A stretch of 64,000 nt of DNA. It comes from an uncultured Planctomycetaceae bacterium. GTDB lineage: Bacteria; Planctomycetota; Planctomycetia; Planctomycetales; Planctomycetaceae. The notes under the pieces are model-generated. The model saw only the letters and a list, made by a program, of their open reading frames with translations, had not been told where the DNA came from and ran no database searches. The stretch spans positions 992,001 to 1,056,000 of the forward strand of contig CAWFAK010000007.1 in assembly GCA_963813715.1 (NCBI GenBank), read 5' to 3'. Shown one piece after another: positions 1 through 11,090 of this stretch (positions are counted from its first letter, which is position 1; every line of letters begins with the position of its first letter). Position numbers and translations under genes: made by a program.

Positions 1-800
1 GTCCAGGCTGCTCATCTCCGCCTGTTCGGGGCTCATGTAGAGCGGCGTGCCGATCATCTCGGCGAAGCGCGTGAACAGCGTCTCTTCCGTGAGCTGCTGG
101 TTGATCGCCTTGGCGACGCCGAAGTCGATGACCTTGGGGACCGGGCGGCCGTCGAGCAGCGTGATCAGGATGTTCGACGGCTTGATGTCGCGGTGGATGA
201 CCCCCTTCTGGTGCGCGTGCTGCACGGCGCGGCAGACGTCCACAAACAGCGCAAGCCGCTCGTGGACGGCCAGATTGTTCTTGTCGCAGTAGTCGGTGAT
301 CGGCACGCCGCGGACCAGTTCCATCACGAAATAGGGGCGGCCGGAATCGGTAACCCCGGCGTCGAGCGCCCGGGCGATGTTGGGATGGTCCATGAGGGCC
401 AGCGCCTGCCGCTCGACTTCGAACCGGGCCAGCACCGTCCGGCTGTCCATGCCCGGCTTGATGATCTTGAGCGCCACGCGGCGGCGGACCGGAGCGTGCT
501 GGTCGGCCATGAAGACGACGCCCATTCCCCCCTCGCCGATTCTTTCCAGCAACTTGTAGGGGCCGATCACCATCCCTTCTTCGCCGGCATCGGCTTCATG
601 GAGACAGGTCGCCGCATCGCGGGCTGGTCCGTTCAAGAAGTCGCCGACTTTGAAGTGGGCGTGAACCAAGCTGTCAATTTCCGGCGCAGTTGATCGTTCG
701 GGCCGCAGGCCTGGTCCAGGTAGGCCTCCCGGGCGGCGGCATCTTCGATATCGATCGCCCGTCCGAAGATGGTCTTGGCGTCGCTGCTCGGGGCGTTCAA
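1..800 (-). CDS. Ser/Thr protein kinase, N-terminal part (runs off window; frameshift ~680)
   Basis: Manual translation: TTG start, [20 protein letters not shown]..., [43 protein letters not shown]. Close paralog of 2113..5670. Confidence 0.9.
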
Positions 801-921
801 GTCGGCATCTCCGAGAGTTCTCTTGGACCGTCCCAGCTGAATTGACGGGTGCGAAGTGGGATTTCGCCCTCAAACAAGGCGAAACGAGCATCGCGTTCCA
901 GGTGGTCCTACCACTGCTCTT

Positions 922-951
922 CAATGCGACAAACAAGGTCCAAGGCTGACA
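922..951 (-). promoter_or_regulatory. Putative ECF-type promoter TGTCAG-N13-TTGTCGCATTG upstream of kinase 1
   Basis: Same bipartite motif and spacing occurs at 5699..5728 upstream of the paralogous kinase. Confidence 0.6.
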
Positions 952-957
952 CGAAAT

Positions 958-1530
958 CTACGGAGTTTCCTTCTCCGGGCCGTCGAGACGTTTTGCCAGC
1001 CAGGCTCGAGCGAAAGCCCAGTCGCGATAAGCAGTTCGGGCAGAGATTTCCAGTACGCTGGCGACCTCTTCGAGCGTCAGACCTGCGAAAAAATGCAGCT
1101 TCACCACCTGTGCCGCCTGGGCATCGACGGTTGCCAGACCGTCGAGCGCTTCATGCACCGACAGCACCTCGTCCTCAGGCGCAGCGGCAACCAGATTCAA
1201 TTCGCCGGCGTCGGCACGCTGCCGTTCGCCGCCGTGCTTGAGTCGCTTTTTACGCCGCGCTTGCTCGACCAGAATCCGCCTCATCGCCTCGGCAGCCGCC
1301 GCGAAAAAATGCCCGCGCCCATCCCACTTTTGCGGCGATTCGACGCCCACGAGTCGCAACCAGGCCTCGTGGACCAACGCCGTCGCCTGCAAAGTCTGCC
1401 CAGGCTTCTCTTGGCCCAGCCGGATGGCCGCAAGTTTCCGCAGCTCGTCATATACGAGCGGCAGCAGCTTCTCGGCCGCGGCCGGATCGCCCTTGTCGAT
1501 TGCGGAAAGGATTCGCGTAACGTCGCTCAT
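958..1530 (-). CDS. ECF sigma-70 factor, planctomycete type (TIGR02999-like)
   Basis: MSDVTRILSAI...LLPLVYDELRKLA...TLQATALVHEAWLRL...AAAAEAMRRILVE...YRDWAFARAWL. Directly upstream of a kinase gene. Confidence 0.92.
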   Translation of the reverse strand: MSDVTRILSAIDKGDPAAAEKLLPLVYDELRKLAAIRLGQEKPGQTLQATALVHEAWLRLVGVESPQKWDGRGHFFAAAAEAMRRILVEQARRKKRLKHGGERQRADAGELNLVAAAPEDEVLSVHEALDGLATVDAQAAQVVKLHFFAGLTLEEVASVLEISARTAYRDWAFARAWLAKRLDGPEKETP

Positions 1531-1832
1531 ACTGGCTCCAGGGAACGTCGAAGACGATCCCTGAGAATAGAGGCATGCCAGTTGCCGAATCCACCGAATT
1601 CGTCTCGCGCTGCCGCTTACCACCAGTCGAAGTCTGACGAACCCTCATCTAAAAAAGATCCAATAAAGGTTCCTCAGATTGAACGCCCCGGAAACCACGA
1701 GTTTCTGAAACTCGGTCGCCACACGTCCGAATTCGCATCTGTCCGGAACCGGACAAAGTGCGCGACGGAGAGCGCCGTGCCCGCAATTAGGTCGTATTTC
1801 GGGTGCTTCGGGAAAACGTATGAGTTGATGAC

Positions 1833-2095
1833 AATAACGGACCTCGCATCCAATACACCTTCCCTGCGATTGGTTCGCCCAGCAGGTTCTCGAGACGGGC
1901 GAGATGCCGATCCATCGCCGCCAAGTCCTCCTCAAACCGCCTGAGCGATTACAGCGATTGAGCCTTGCGGGAATCACATTAAATGACAAGTCGATCGCTC
2001 TCCAATCGGTGGCGGTAGGCGAGATCCGCGTCCAGACGTTGTAAGGCCCGCTGGAGCCGATATGTGCCCGAGACATCGTATTGGACAAAGCCGCG
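1833..2095 (-). pseudogene. Gene remnant with two in-frame TAA codons
   Basis: Frame reads RGFVQYD...RLESDRLVI*CDSRKAQSL*SLRRFEEDLAAMDRHLARLENLLGEPIAGKVYWMRGPLL. Protein-like, but no start codon. Confidence 0.4.
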
Positions 2096-2112
2096 CCGAA
2101 AAGTTCCCACGC

Positions 2113-5100
2113 TTAGTTTGTGTCATCGACTCGCCATAGGCGGATCTGATTCATGCCGTCGGCGGTGACCAGGCTGCCGTCCGCTCCGAAGGCCGCGCGC
2201 CAGATGGTCTCCGGCAAGATAAACCTCGTCAGTTCCTCACGCGTGGCGACGTTCCAAAGGGTGAGCGTGGGCCCGGCGATCGTGACGAGCGTTCTGCCGT
2301 CCGGCGACCAGGCAAAATGGCCGACGTCGCCGACTAGCCCGTTCGGCTCCCAAATCGGTTGGCCGGTCAGCGCATCCCAAATCCGCAGCTGCAACCGATC
2401 CCGCCCGGCGTACAACGTCCCATCCGGCGAAAGGCTGCCGCTCGAGAGGACCCGGGCATCGTTTGCAAACGGCTGTGCGAGCCTGAGCCGGGCTTGCTCG
2501 CGCCGCGTGTCGACGTTCCAAAGCGTGATTGCACTGCCGGCGATCGTTGCTAAGGTTCGACTGTCTGCTGCGAACTTGAGCTGGAGCGCTTCACCGGGGA
2601 GCCTGCCAAGTTCGGCCAGCGTGGACGGGTTGCGGAGCACGACGGCCTGCTCGTTTTTCGAACCGGTCGCCGTTGCGAGAATCCGACCGTCCGGTGAGAA
2701 ATCAATCGCTCCGCCATCAGATGCGTGGACCCGGGATTGCCACTGCGCAGCTCTGATGTTCCACAGCGAAAGCCGCTGAGAACCAGCCAGGGCGAGCATG
2801 CGGCTGTCTCGAGAGAAACACACCTGTCCGATCGGCCCGTCGTCGATTTCGAGCTTGCCGGCTTCCCGATTTTTGATGACGTCCCAGAGCGCGGCCATGT
2901 GATCTCCAGGCTTCGCGAAGAAGACGAAGTTCCCGTCAGGAGAGGTTGTCGTCGTCGTGTCTCCGGGGGAACTCGTCACCTGAAATTGCGCGAGTTCGCG
3001 GCGGCTGGCCAGGTCCCAATGCCTCACATCCCTGCGCGGAGGCATCCCCGTCTTCAGTCGCGATTCGAGAAACACGCTCTTGCCGTCGGCAGCAAGACCG
3101 ACCTTGACCGGATAAAAGGCCACGTCCCCCTCAATCGTATCCGGATCGGGTTCGGGCACGATCTTCCAGCGCCTCACGATTCCGTCCGCGGCTCCCGAAT
3201 AGAGCCACTGGCTGTCGGGCGAAAAAATGAGCGCACTAATCCCGCTGGCGTGGCCCTTGAAGATTGCCGTTTCCTTGAAGGTCACCGGATCCCACACGCG
3301 GATGGTCCCGAATTTGTCCCCGGTTGCCAGCAGTTTTCCGTCGGGCGAGAATGTCAGGGCGTTGACCTGACTGGGGAATCCGTCCAGCTCGGTCAGCTTC
3401 TTGCCGGCCTTCCAGTCCCACAATTCCACAACATGCGGCTCCGACCCACGATGGCAAGCCAGGAGCGTCCCATTGGGTGACAACGCCAGGGCAAAGCTCC
3501 ACCGCTTCGGATCAACGTGCTTGAACTTCATGGACCCGGTCGTGAGATCCCAGACCATCGTCGTTGGGCCAACCTGCCAGGCGACTGCCTTTCCCTCCGG
3601 GCCGAGTCGCGCCATTTGAAACGCCGCGCGAGTCATGTGCGGATCGCTGGCGTATGGGTCCAGCGTCCTCTGCTCGCGCCCGTCGGCCGTGTTCCAGAAG
3701 GCTAGTCTGCCGTCCACGGTCGCGGCCGCCAGCGTCGAACCGTCCTCCGAGAATGCGGTCGACCCAAACTCGTAGACCGTTTGGTTGAAGCGGCCTGCCG
3801 GCCGTTCGTTTCCCGTCGCAACATCCCAGAACCGGAGGCTGAGGGTCGCGGATCGAGGCGTTATTTGCCCCTGTGTCGACCTGCTCGCGGTGACGACGGT
3901 TGACCCATCGGCGGAAAATGCCAGGCCGCCGGCCGAAACCTGAGGAATGCTCAGCCGCAGCACGCCGGTCGACGCGTCCCAAAGTCCCAAGGTGCCTTCA
4001 TCACTGGCCGTCGCCAGCGACTTGCCGTCCGGCGAGAGCCGCAAAGCGAGAACGTCGGATTTCGTGTCGAACAAGCGTCCTTTTTGAAAACGGTCGCAGA
4101 GATGCTGGAGGTAATGCCACTCGAAGCCGCGGATTTCCTCCTGGCCCGGTCGCGGTCGATGGCGATCGAGGACCTGTTGAACACGCTCGACGTTTCCGTC
4201 CCGAAAAAAGATGAACGCGCGGTTCATGTCCGAAACGTACAGCGTGTGCCGCAAGTCTCCGAGTGTTTTTTGGAGCTTTTGATTCGCGTCGGCGACATGG
4301 TCGCGCTCCCTGCGGGTTTCCTCCCGCGCCTGCGAAGCCTCCAGCTCGTTATTCTGCGCGATGTGCTCGGCAACGGTCGCGCGAAACGCCTGCCAGGTGC
4401 TGGCGACGGAGCCCAAGACCAGCAACACCAGAAAGGCGCAGCCGATTCGCAGCGCCGTCCGATTCTTATGGGCCAATTTCCGGAGTCGATAGCCCGCGCC
4501 GGGGGGACCGGCCTCAACGGGCTCGTCATTGAGATAGCGCTCGATGTCGCGGGCCAGGCCGTTGGCCGTCTCGTACCGCCGCGTGCGGTCCTTTTCGAGG
4601 GACTTCATCGTGATCCAGTCGAGATCCCCGCGAAACATCCGCGAGAGCCGTGCCGGTTCGGTCCTGCGCAAGGCAGCGATCGCCGGCAGCGTATCGGTGG
4701 AGCGGGAGAGCCGCGTGCTGGGCCGCGGCGGTTCTTCCTCCCGAATGATGCGGATCAATTCCCCGTAGGCCGCCTGCGACAGGCGCTTGCGGTCGAACGG
4801 CGTGCTCCCCGTCAACAGCTCGTACAAGAGCACGCCCAGCGAGTAGATGTCGCTCCGCGTGTCCACGTCGAGGCCCGACATTTCGGCCTGCTCCGGGCTC
4901 ATGTACAACGGCGTCCCGACCATTTGCGCGAAATTTGTGAACAGCGTCTTCTCGGTAAGTTGCTGCGTCGTGGCCTTCGCCACGCCAAAGTCGATGATTT
5001 TGGGCACCGGACGGCCGTCGTGCAGGGTCACGAGCACATTCGTGGGCTTGATGTCGCGGTGAATGATCCCTTTCTGATGGGCGTGCTGGACCGCCTGGCA

Positions 5101-5670
5101 GACCGGGACGAACAACTGCAATCGCTCTCGCACGGACAGGTTGTTTTGGTCGCAGTATTCTGTGATCGGAATCCCGCGGACCAACTCCATCACGAAGTAC
5201 GGATGGCCGGCCGAGGTGGCCCCCGCGTCGAGCACTTTGGCAATATGGGGATGATCCATCAGCGCGAGCGCCTGCCGCTCGGCTTCGAAACGGGCAATCA
5301 CCTGCCGCGAATCCATGCCCGGCTTGATGATCTTGAGCGCGACGCGGCGGCGGACCGGCTCCTGCTGGTCGGCCATGTAGACGACGCCCATGCCGCCTTC
5401 GCCGATCTTCTCCAGCAGCTTGTAGTGGCCGATGAGCGTCCCCGCGCGGCCCAAGTTAGATTGGTCGAGCAAGGTCGCCACTTGTTGAGCGGCGGGCTTC
5501 TTCAAGAATCCTTCGGCTAATTGATGGGCTCGGAGGAGCGTGTCGACCTGGGCACGAAATTGCGGATCGGTGCCGCAGGCCCGATCGAGGTACGCGCCGC
5601 GCGCGGCCGCGTCTTCAATCTCGATCGCGTGTCCGAAGACAGTCTTGATCTCGTTTTCAGGCGGATTCAT
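2113..5670 (-). CDS. Ser/Thr kinase with one TM segment and C-terminal WD40 repeats
   Basis: Intact 1185-aa ORF with all kinase motifs, hydrophobic IGCAFLVLLVLGSVASTW segment, EIRGFEWHYL linker and many FSPDG...WD repeats. Confidence 0.95.
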   Translation of the reverse strand: MNPPENEIKTVFGHAIEIEDAAARGAYLDRACGTDPQFRAQVDTLLRAHQLAEGFLKKPAAQQVATLLDQSNLGRAGTLIGHYKLLEKIGEGGMGVVYMADQQEPVRRRVALKIIKPGMDSRQVIARFEAERQALALMDHPHIAKVLDAGATSAGHPYFVMELVRGIPITEYCDQNNLSVRERLQLFVPVCQAVQHAHQKGIIHRDIKPTNVLVTLHDGRPVPKIIDFGVAKATTQQLTEKTLFTNFAQMVGTPLYMSPEQAEMSGLDVDTRSDIYSLGVLLYELLTGSTPFDRKRLSQAAYGELIRIIREEEPPRPSTRLSRSTDTLPAIAALRRTEPARLSRMFRGDLDWITMKSLEKDRTRRYETANGLARDIERYLNDEPVEAGPPGAGYRLRKLAHKNRTALRIGCAFLVLLVLGSVASTWQAFRATVAEHIAQNNELEASQAREETRRERDHVADANQKLQKTLGDLRHTLYVSDMNRAFIFFRDGNVERVQQVLDRHRPRPGQEEIRGFEWHYLQHLCDRFQKGRLFDTKSDVLALRLSPDGKSLATASDEGTLGLWDASTGVLRLSIPQVSAGGLAFSADGSTVVTASRSTQGQITPRSATLSLRFWDVATGNERPAGRFNQTVYEFGSTAFSEDGSTLAAATVDGRLAFWNTADGREQRTLDPYASDPHMTRAAFQMARLGPEGKAVAWQVGPTTMVWDLTTGSMKFKHVDPKRWSFALALSPNGTLLACHRGSEPHVVELWDWKAGKKLTELDGFPSQVNALTFSPDGKLLATGDKFGTIRVWDPVTFKETAIFKGHASGISALIFSPDSQWLYSGAADGIVRRWKIVPEPDPDTIEGDVAFYPVKVGLAADGKSVFLESRLKTGMPPRRDVRHWDLASRRELAQFQVTSSPGDTTTTTSPDGNFVFFAKPGDHMAALWDVIKNREAGKLEIDDGPIGQVCFSRDSRMLALAGSQRLSLWNIRAAQWQSRVHASDGGAIDFSPDGRILATATGSKNEQAVVLRNPSTLAELGRLPGEALQLKFAADSRTLATIAGSAITLWNVDTRREQARLRLAQPFANDARVLSSGSLSPDGTLYAGRDRLQLRIWDALTGQPIWEPNGLVGDVGHFAWSPDGRTLVTIAGPTLTLWNVATREELTRFILPETIWRAAFGADGSLVTADGMNQIRLWRVDDTN

Positions 5671-6647
5671 GCCGGCATCTTAGAGTGGATCTTCCCTGCA
5701 ATGCGACAAGTGAGGGGCGGGCCTGACAGGAATTCTACGAGGTTGTCTGCCCCGGGCCATCGAGCTGCCTCGTCGGCAACTCGTATAACAGCCTGAAATG
5801 ACCAGGCTCTCGCGTAAGCCGGAGCCGCTACGTACTCCGCAACGACAGGCCGAGCGAATCGGCCGAAGCGCTCATGGCCTGGCCGGCGAAGTCGCGGAAC
5901 TGCACCGGGGAAGCCAGCCTTGTCACACGCTAACACGGCCGAGTTCGCGCTCTGTCGTTTGAACGTCGTGCGGCTCCGCCAGCCGCGAACGGCGCCGACG
6001 GCCAGAAAGCCCGTGCCCAGCAGGCAAAGGCTCGCGGGTTCGGGAGTCGACTTCGGGACGTCGATCGGTCCCGAGAGCGCGTACAAGGATTGGGGATTGG
6101 TGTCTATGAATTCGCCAGCAACCAACCAGCCGTCGGTCGTGTAGGGCTCGCCGTATTGCGCAATGGGGTCCGTAGGGCTCAACCCTCCTAGATAACCGGT
6201 CCAGACGAGTGTAAAGCCTTCCGTGCCGTTCTGAGTGATATTGGGCGTCGTATCGAGAGTAGTCCCAAAAGTACTTGAGTAAAGTCCTGCATCTGTCAGC
6301 AACTGCCCGGTCACAGTTTAGACGGGAATGCCGGGAACCGAGCGCGCGTTCGTGGCGGGGCTATTAAACCCGGTCGAGGCGAGGGCATGCCAGTCGGCTG
6401 CCGGATCGAGGGCCGCGAGTGCCGGAGTGGCTTGCGATTGCACAAAACTGTTGTACGTGCTGATATCGGGAGCTCTGCGCCTGGATAGCAACTGCCGTCT
6501 CGAAGAGGATCTCATACTGCATGGTGCCCGCTGAAAACTCGTCGGCGGCAAAGGATCTGCCACGAGTCGACCGGCCGACAGTGCGACTGCCGCTGCCGAG
6601 AGCAGGCTCAAGGAGACGATTCGTGCTTCGAACTGTGGGTCGCGCAT
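5667..6647 (-). pseudogene. PEP-CTERM sorting-domain protein (frameshifts ~6530/6480, in-frame TAA at 6318; true end probably ~5930-5970)
   Basis: Signal-like LLSAAAVALSAG; C-terminal TPEPASLCLLGTGFLAVGAVRGWRSR. ORFs 6318..6680 and 5667..6314 are in frame across one TAA. Confidence 0.75.
5699..5728 (-). promoter_or_regulatory. Putative ECF-type promoter TGTCAG-N13-TTGTCGCATTG upstream of kinase 2
   Basis: Matches the motif at 922..951; ends 28 nt before the ATG at 5670. Confidence 0.6.
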
Positions 6648-6837
6648 CGCCTCGATTGGGCCGGTGAACTTCTTGGGCAATTGCTCTTCGTTTCGTTGCC
6701 CTCTTTAGCGACGGCCGGAAAATGGGCCGCGTAGCTAGACTTGGGTGGGCCGTCGAGCCGAAAATAGTGCCCCTTGGTCGGAAGGATTCGCAAGTCCCAG
6801 ACGGATTCACGAATCGCAGAGACGAAGAGGACGATTC

Positions 6838-8853
6838 ATGAGCAAAGTGATGCACGAAATGCCCGCTCGCGGCCTGGCTCTCTTGGCAGCCGCGGCCGGG
6901 TTCTTTTTGGCGGATGTTCAGGCGATTGCCGCTGAGGTCGCGGGCAACGTCCAGATCGCCCGCAGACCGGTCGCCGGCTCGACGGTGACTCTCTACGTGG
7001 CCGGTGACGGTGCTCCCACGAAGTTGGCCCAGGGTGAGACCGACGAGAACGGCGCATTCACACTTCACGCTGGACGAACCTCGGGAGACGCCGTGCTTTA
7101 CCTGGTGGCCAAAGGCGGCACGCCCACGGCCGGCGGGGCAAAGGCGGCCAACGATGCCCTCGTGTTGATGTCGCTTCTGGGAACCTCGTTGCCGAAGTCG
7201 GTCACGGTGAACGAACTCACCACCGTCGCCTCGGCATTCACCGCCGCCCGCTTCATCGACGGGGAAGCCATCTCCGGCAAGCCGCTGGGATTGAAGATCG
7301 CCGCCGGGAACACGCCAAACCTGGTGGATCCTGCAACGGGCGGCTGGGGCAACGTGTTGCTGGATCCACTCAACAGCACACAGACGACGGCCCTCGCGAA
7401 CCTGAACACGCTCGGCTCGCTCGTGACGGCTTCCCTCACCGTGGCGGACGGCGAGTGGCGTGCCCGCCTCTTCAAAGCCGCAACGCCGATCGGCGGCGCG
7501 ACACCCAAGAACACGCTCGAAGCAATGGCTGGCATCGCTCGCACGCCATGGGCCAACACGAAGGAACTCTATGCGTTGTTCAACGAAGCCTACCCGGAAC
7601 TCAAGGACGGCGAGCGGCGTGCCGCGCCGTTCGTGCCGTATCTCGTGTGGACCCCGCCCGACTTCGCGCTCAGTCTCTGTTTCGCGGGCGGCGGAGTCTA
7701 TTCCCCCGGTCGGCTCATGTTCGATGCAGAAGGCAATCTTTGGAGCGGCCAGAACTGGATGGCCGGCTCGCAGTCCGGCGTCATCAAGAGCATTGGCGGC
7801 GGCGTCGCCAAGTTAAGTCCCAACGGCAAGGCGCTCTCGCCGCCAATCACTGGCTTCACCGGCATGGGCATCGACGGTGTCGGCTGGGGCACAGCGGTCA
7901 CGCGCGAGCATGTCTGGGCGTCCAGCTTCAATGGCAAGTTCCTCGTGATGGATTTCGAGGGTCGTCCCGTCGCCGGCGAGAGCGACCTCCCCTTCAAAGA
8001 GAAACTCCTCGGACTGATGGGCATCGGTGTCGCCGCGAACGGTGACGTCTGGATCGCCGACGGCGCCGGTAATCAGTTGCTCCATTTTCCCGGTGGAAAC
8101 GTGAAGGCGGGGCGGATCGTCAAGGTCGCGGGGTTGCGGTCCCCCTTTGACATTGTCATCGACCCGCAGAATCGCGCTTGGGTCAGCAACTCCCAATCCG
8201 ACACGGTCGTCCGCTTCCCGATTGACGATCCTTCCAAGACAGAGACTTTCCGCTGCGGGATCAGCGTCCGCGCCCTTGCGTTGGACTCGAAGGCCAATGT
8301 CTGGGTTGCGAGCAACACATCCCTGGATTTCCCGATGCCGAAAATCCCCGACGGCGCGTCCATCATGAAGCAGTTTGAAATGATGGGGGCAGCCATGCTG
8401 AGATACCCGAAATCCACCGGTGTGATCCACATGATCCGCCCTGATGGCACCCAGCTTGCGCCGCAGGGTTTGACCGGCCACGGCGCCATCGACATTCCGT
8501 GGGGGTTGAACATCGATGGCAACGACGATGTGTGGATCGGCAACTTTTCGCCTCGCAACCGCAGCGTCGCGCTGATGGCCGGTATCGACACGAAGGGCCA
8601 TCCGCCGGGCACGAAGCCAGGCGACGTGATCCACCTGTTCAAGAGCGGTTCCATCCAGTCGCTCACCGACGTGTCCATCGACCCGGCCGGCAACGTCTGG
8701 GCGGCGAACAACTGGAATGATCCAAGAGCAGCGGTCGAGCCGAACCCGGCCAGCGCCACCTCAACCTGGGGCGGAGGGTCGGGCATCACGGTCATCTATG
8801 GCGTCGCGGCTCCGGTCCAGCCGCCGCGCATGGGCAAGGTGCGCCAGCCGTAA
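6838..8853 (+). CDS. Secreted protein with C-terminal NHL/Vgb-like beta-propeller repeats
   Basis: Signal peptide; repeats FDAEGNLWSG, VAANGDVWIAD, IDPQNRAWVSN, LDSKANVWVAS, IDGNDDVWIGN, IDPAGNVWAAN. Confidence 0.8.
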   Translation: MSKVMHEMPARGLALLAAAAGFFLADVQAIAAEVAGNVQIARRPVAGSTVTLYVAGDGAPTKLAQGETDENGAFTLHAGRTSGDAVLYLVAKGGTPTAGGAKAANDALVLMSLLGTSLPKSVTVNELTTVASAFTAARFIDGEAISGKPLGLKIAAGNTPNLVDPATGGWGNVLLDPLNSTQTTALANLNTLGSLVTASLTVADGEWRARLFKAATPIGGATPKNTLEAMAGIARTPWANTKELYALFNEAYPELKDGERRAAPFVPYLVWTPPDFALSLCFAGGGVYSPGRLMFDAEGNLWSGQNWMAGSQSGVIKSIGGGVAKLSPNGKALSPPITGFTGMGIDGVGWGTAVTREHVWASSFNGKFLVMDFEGRPVAGESDLPFKEKLLGLMGIGVAANGDVWIADGAGNQLLHFPGGNVKAGRIVKVAGLRSPFDIVIDPQNRAWVSNSQSDTVVRFPIDDPSKTETFRCGISVRALALDSKANVWVASNTSLDFPMPKIPDGASIMKQFEMMGAAMLRYPKSTGVIHMIRPDGTQLAPQGLTGHGAIDIPWGLNIDGNDDVWIGNFSPRNRSVALMAGIDTKGHPPGTKPGDVIHLFKSGSIQSLTDVSIDPAGNVWAANNWNDPRAAVEPNPASATSTWGGGSGITVIYGVAAPVQPPRMGKVRQP

Positions 8854-9318
8854 AATCCCAATGGTTTTAGCGGCCGGCCCGAAACCCGCCGATCGCGGAG
8901 CACTCGTAAACGTTCGATTTACGCCGTACCCCGACGAGACTTTTCTCGGTCGTCGCGCCGAGCGCGACTCCGCGATCATGTCTGAGTTTTCGGCACGCGG
9001 AGCGTGTGCCGAAAAACGTCTGAGTTTCCGGGGCTTGCTGAAGCGTCACTTATCGGTCGGGCCTGTTGAAAAAAGGATGGGAGTCGTGGGGGCCCAGATA
9101 CGATTGGTTTTGAGCTGCTAACAGCGGTGTCCCGTCCTCAAGAAAGGGCGACTCATCCTCTGCCCAGAATCGCTCGAGCACCGTTAATCGGCCAGAGTCC
9201 CGTGCGACCAAGCTGTTTGGATCATCGATCGCACGCTCGATCTCGCGGACGACTCATCGGGTGCGGCGCGGCCCAGTATGAAATTCCGGATTTGGTCGCA
9301 GTTGAGTTGCACGTCCGG

Positions 9319-10470
9319 TTAAGCGCCCGCCCGTCCTGATTGCGCTGCGATTATTTTTGCCTTGGTGGGCAGCGAAAATCGGAAGGTTGATCCGATCCCC
9401 TCCTTGCTGTCGACGGTCACCTTTCCACCATCGGCCTCGGTAAACGTCTTCACGATAGCGAGGCCCAATCCCATTCCACTTTCGTTTTCTGGATCGGTTT
9501 CTCCCTTGTCGAAGATGTTTGCGAGAAGCTCTTCGGGGATGCCCGCACCATTGTCGCTGACCCAGCACTCAACGGCACCTTCCGTATCCAGTTCACGGGC
9601 TCCAATGATCACCTCTCCGCGTGGCGTGTACTTGATGGCGTTGGCAATCAAGTTTTGAAAGACACGCCTCAATAATCCGGCGTCTGCATAGATCATCAAG
9701 TCGTCGGGCACCTTGTTGATCAGCCGAGTGCTGGCGGTGCCTGCCACCGGATGGAGATCGTGAATGAGGCCCTCGACGAGCGGCCACAAATCAAACTCCC
9801 GCCGCTCTACTTTGATCCCGACTTCAGTCTGGAGGTTCGTGTTTTCCTCGAGCACCTTGTCGACCAGCTCTTCGAGATGCCGCACATTGCGACGCAAGGC
9901 TTTCAACATCTGGGCCGTTTCGGCATCGCTGGTGCCTCGTTCGGCGAGCGTCAGCTCCAGGACCCTCCCCGCGAGTGAGATGGCGTTCAGCGGAGTTCGG
10001 AGATCATGTGCCACAAAGGCGAGATACTCTTCCCGGCGCCGCTGCACCTCCAGCGCACGCTGAGTGGCGTAGGCCTGCAATGCCAGGCCGATCGCATGGT
10101 CGAAGACCCGGTTGAGAATGTGGAAAGGCTTCCCTTGCAGTTTCAAGCCGTTTTCGTCGGCAAGGTCGTGGATGCAGCCTCGCAGGATGTTGTACTCCGC
10201 AACGACCTCTTCAATATCAAATGCGTCTTAGACGCGTTGCAGGCCATGAGCCGGAGGACCGCTGTCACTAAGCGCTTCCGGAATCGTCTGGTCAGAATGC
10301 GATTCGAGGGCCCGAGCTAATTCGCCAAGCACTCCAGGCATGTGATCGTTGAGCGTCGGGATGTCCAGGTGCCGCGCTGAAGGGAGTTCCCGCACTTGTT
10401 GACGCCATCGCGAGAGTAACGCTAGGCCTTCCTGCTTGATGAGCGCGGCCAGTTTGTCCAGATCCTTCAT
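9319..10470 (-). pseudogene. Cytoplasmic sensor histidine kinase (RsbRD-N-like N-terminus, HisKA, HATPase), interrupted by in-frame TAA at 10228
   Basis: AHDLRTPL, NLIANAIKY, DNGAGI, GMGLGL. ORF 10228..10470 continues in frame after the stop: QRV*DAFDIEEVVAEYNILRG. Confidence 0.85.
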
Positions 10471-11090
10471 GGTACTTAAACCTCAGGCTGATTCCGTCCA
10501 GCGACCTATTGCGCCCTATTCTCCGACATCGGACGATCTAATGAGAGGGATCGGGAGAACTTCGGGCTCTCCCGCCCTCCCAACTCAGGATGTCCTTGTA
10601 AGCCATTACCAGATGAACCGAATCGCAAACGCGGCAGGTGGTCAGACGAAGATTGTGGCCAGTTCGACCGAGCCCAATCGACTCATCCCAGGCGCTCGGT
10701 CGGCGCCCGCATGCTCGAGCGCCGGTATTTTTTCTTCTGACGGGGGGACGACGTCTCGGACCGGATTGAGGAAGCGGCGAACTGCCGATTTGGCAGATCA
10801 ACCCTGAATTCAGACTTCTGCCAGGGCCGCAGGGAATGAGCAGCAAGAGTCAACGTATCCGTTCTAAGTTTCAGTGTCTCTGGAACTTCCTCTCAGCCGG
10901 ATCAGAGCGGCGACAAAGCTGGGTTTGACAGTTTACGATTCGGCATGCTGGTTGCTTGTTTCTGGCGCGTCGCCGCCAGGCAATCTGCATCCGAGCCTCG
11001 GCGATAGTGGGCATACCTACAACCGCCCATTCACGACGTTGAAAATCGGCTGCATTCTTGGTTGAACGTTGCAAGGAAAGGAGAAGCACA

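Noticed and set aside
4084..5520. Long antisense ORFs (also 856..1944, 23436..24617, 32548..34251, 38059..39747, 48797..50512, 59897..61414)
   Set aside because: Shadows of real genes on the opposite strand in high-GC DNA; no independent motifs.
9058..9130. GCCTGTTGAAAAA resembling an IS terminal inverted repeat
   Set aside because: No convincing partner repeat or transposase nearby.
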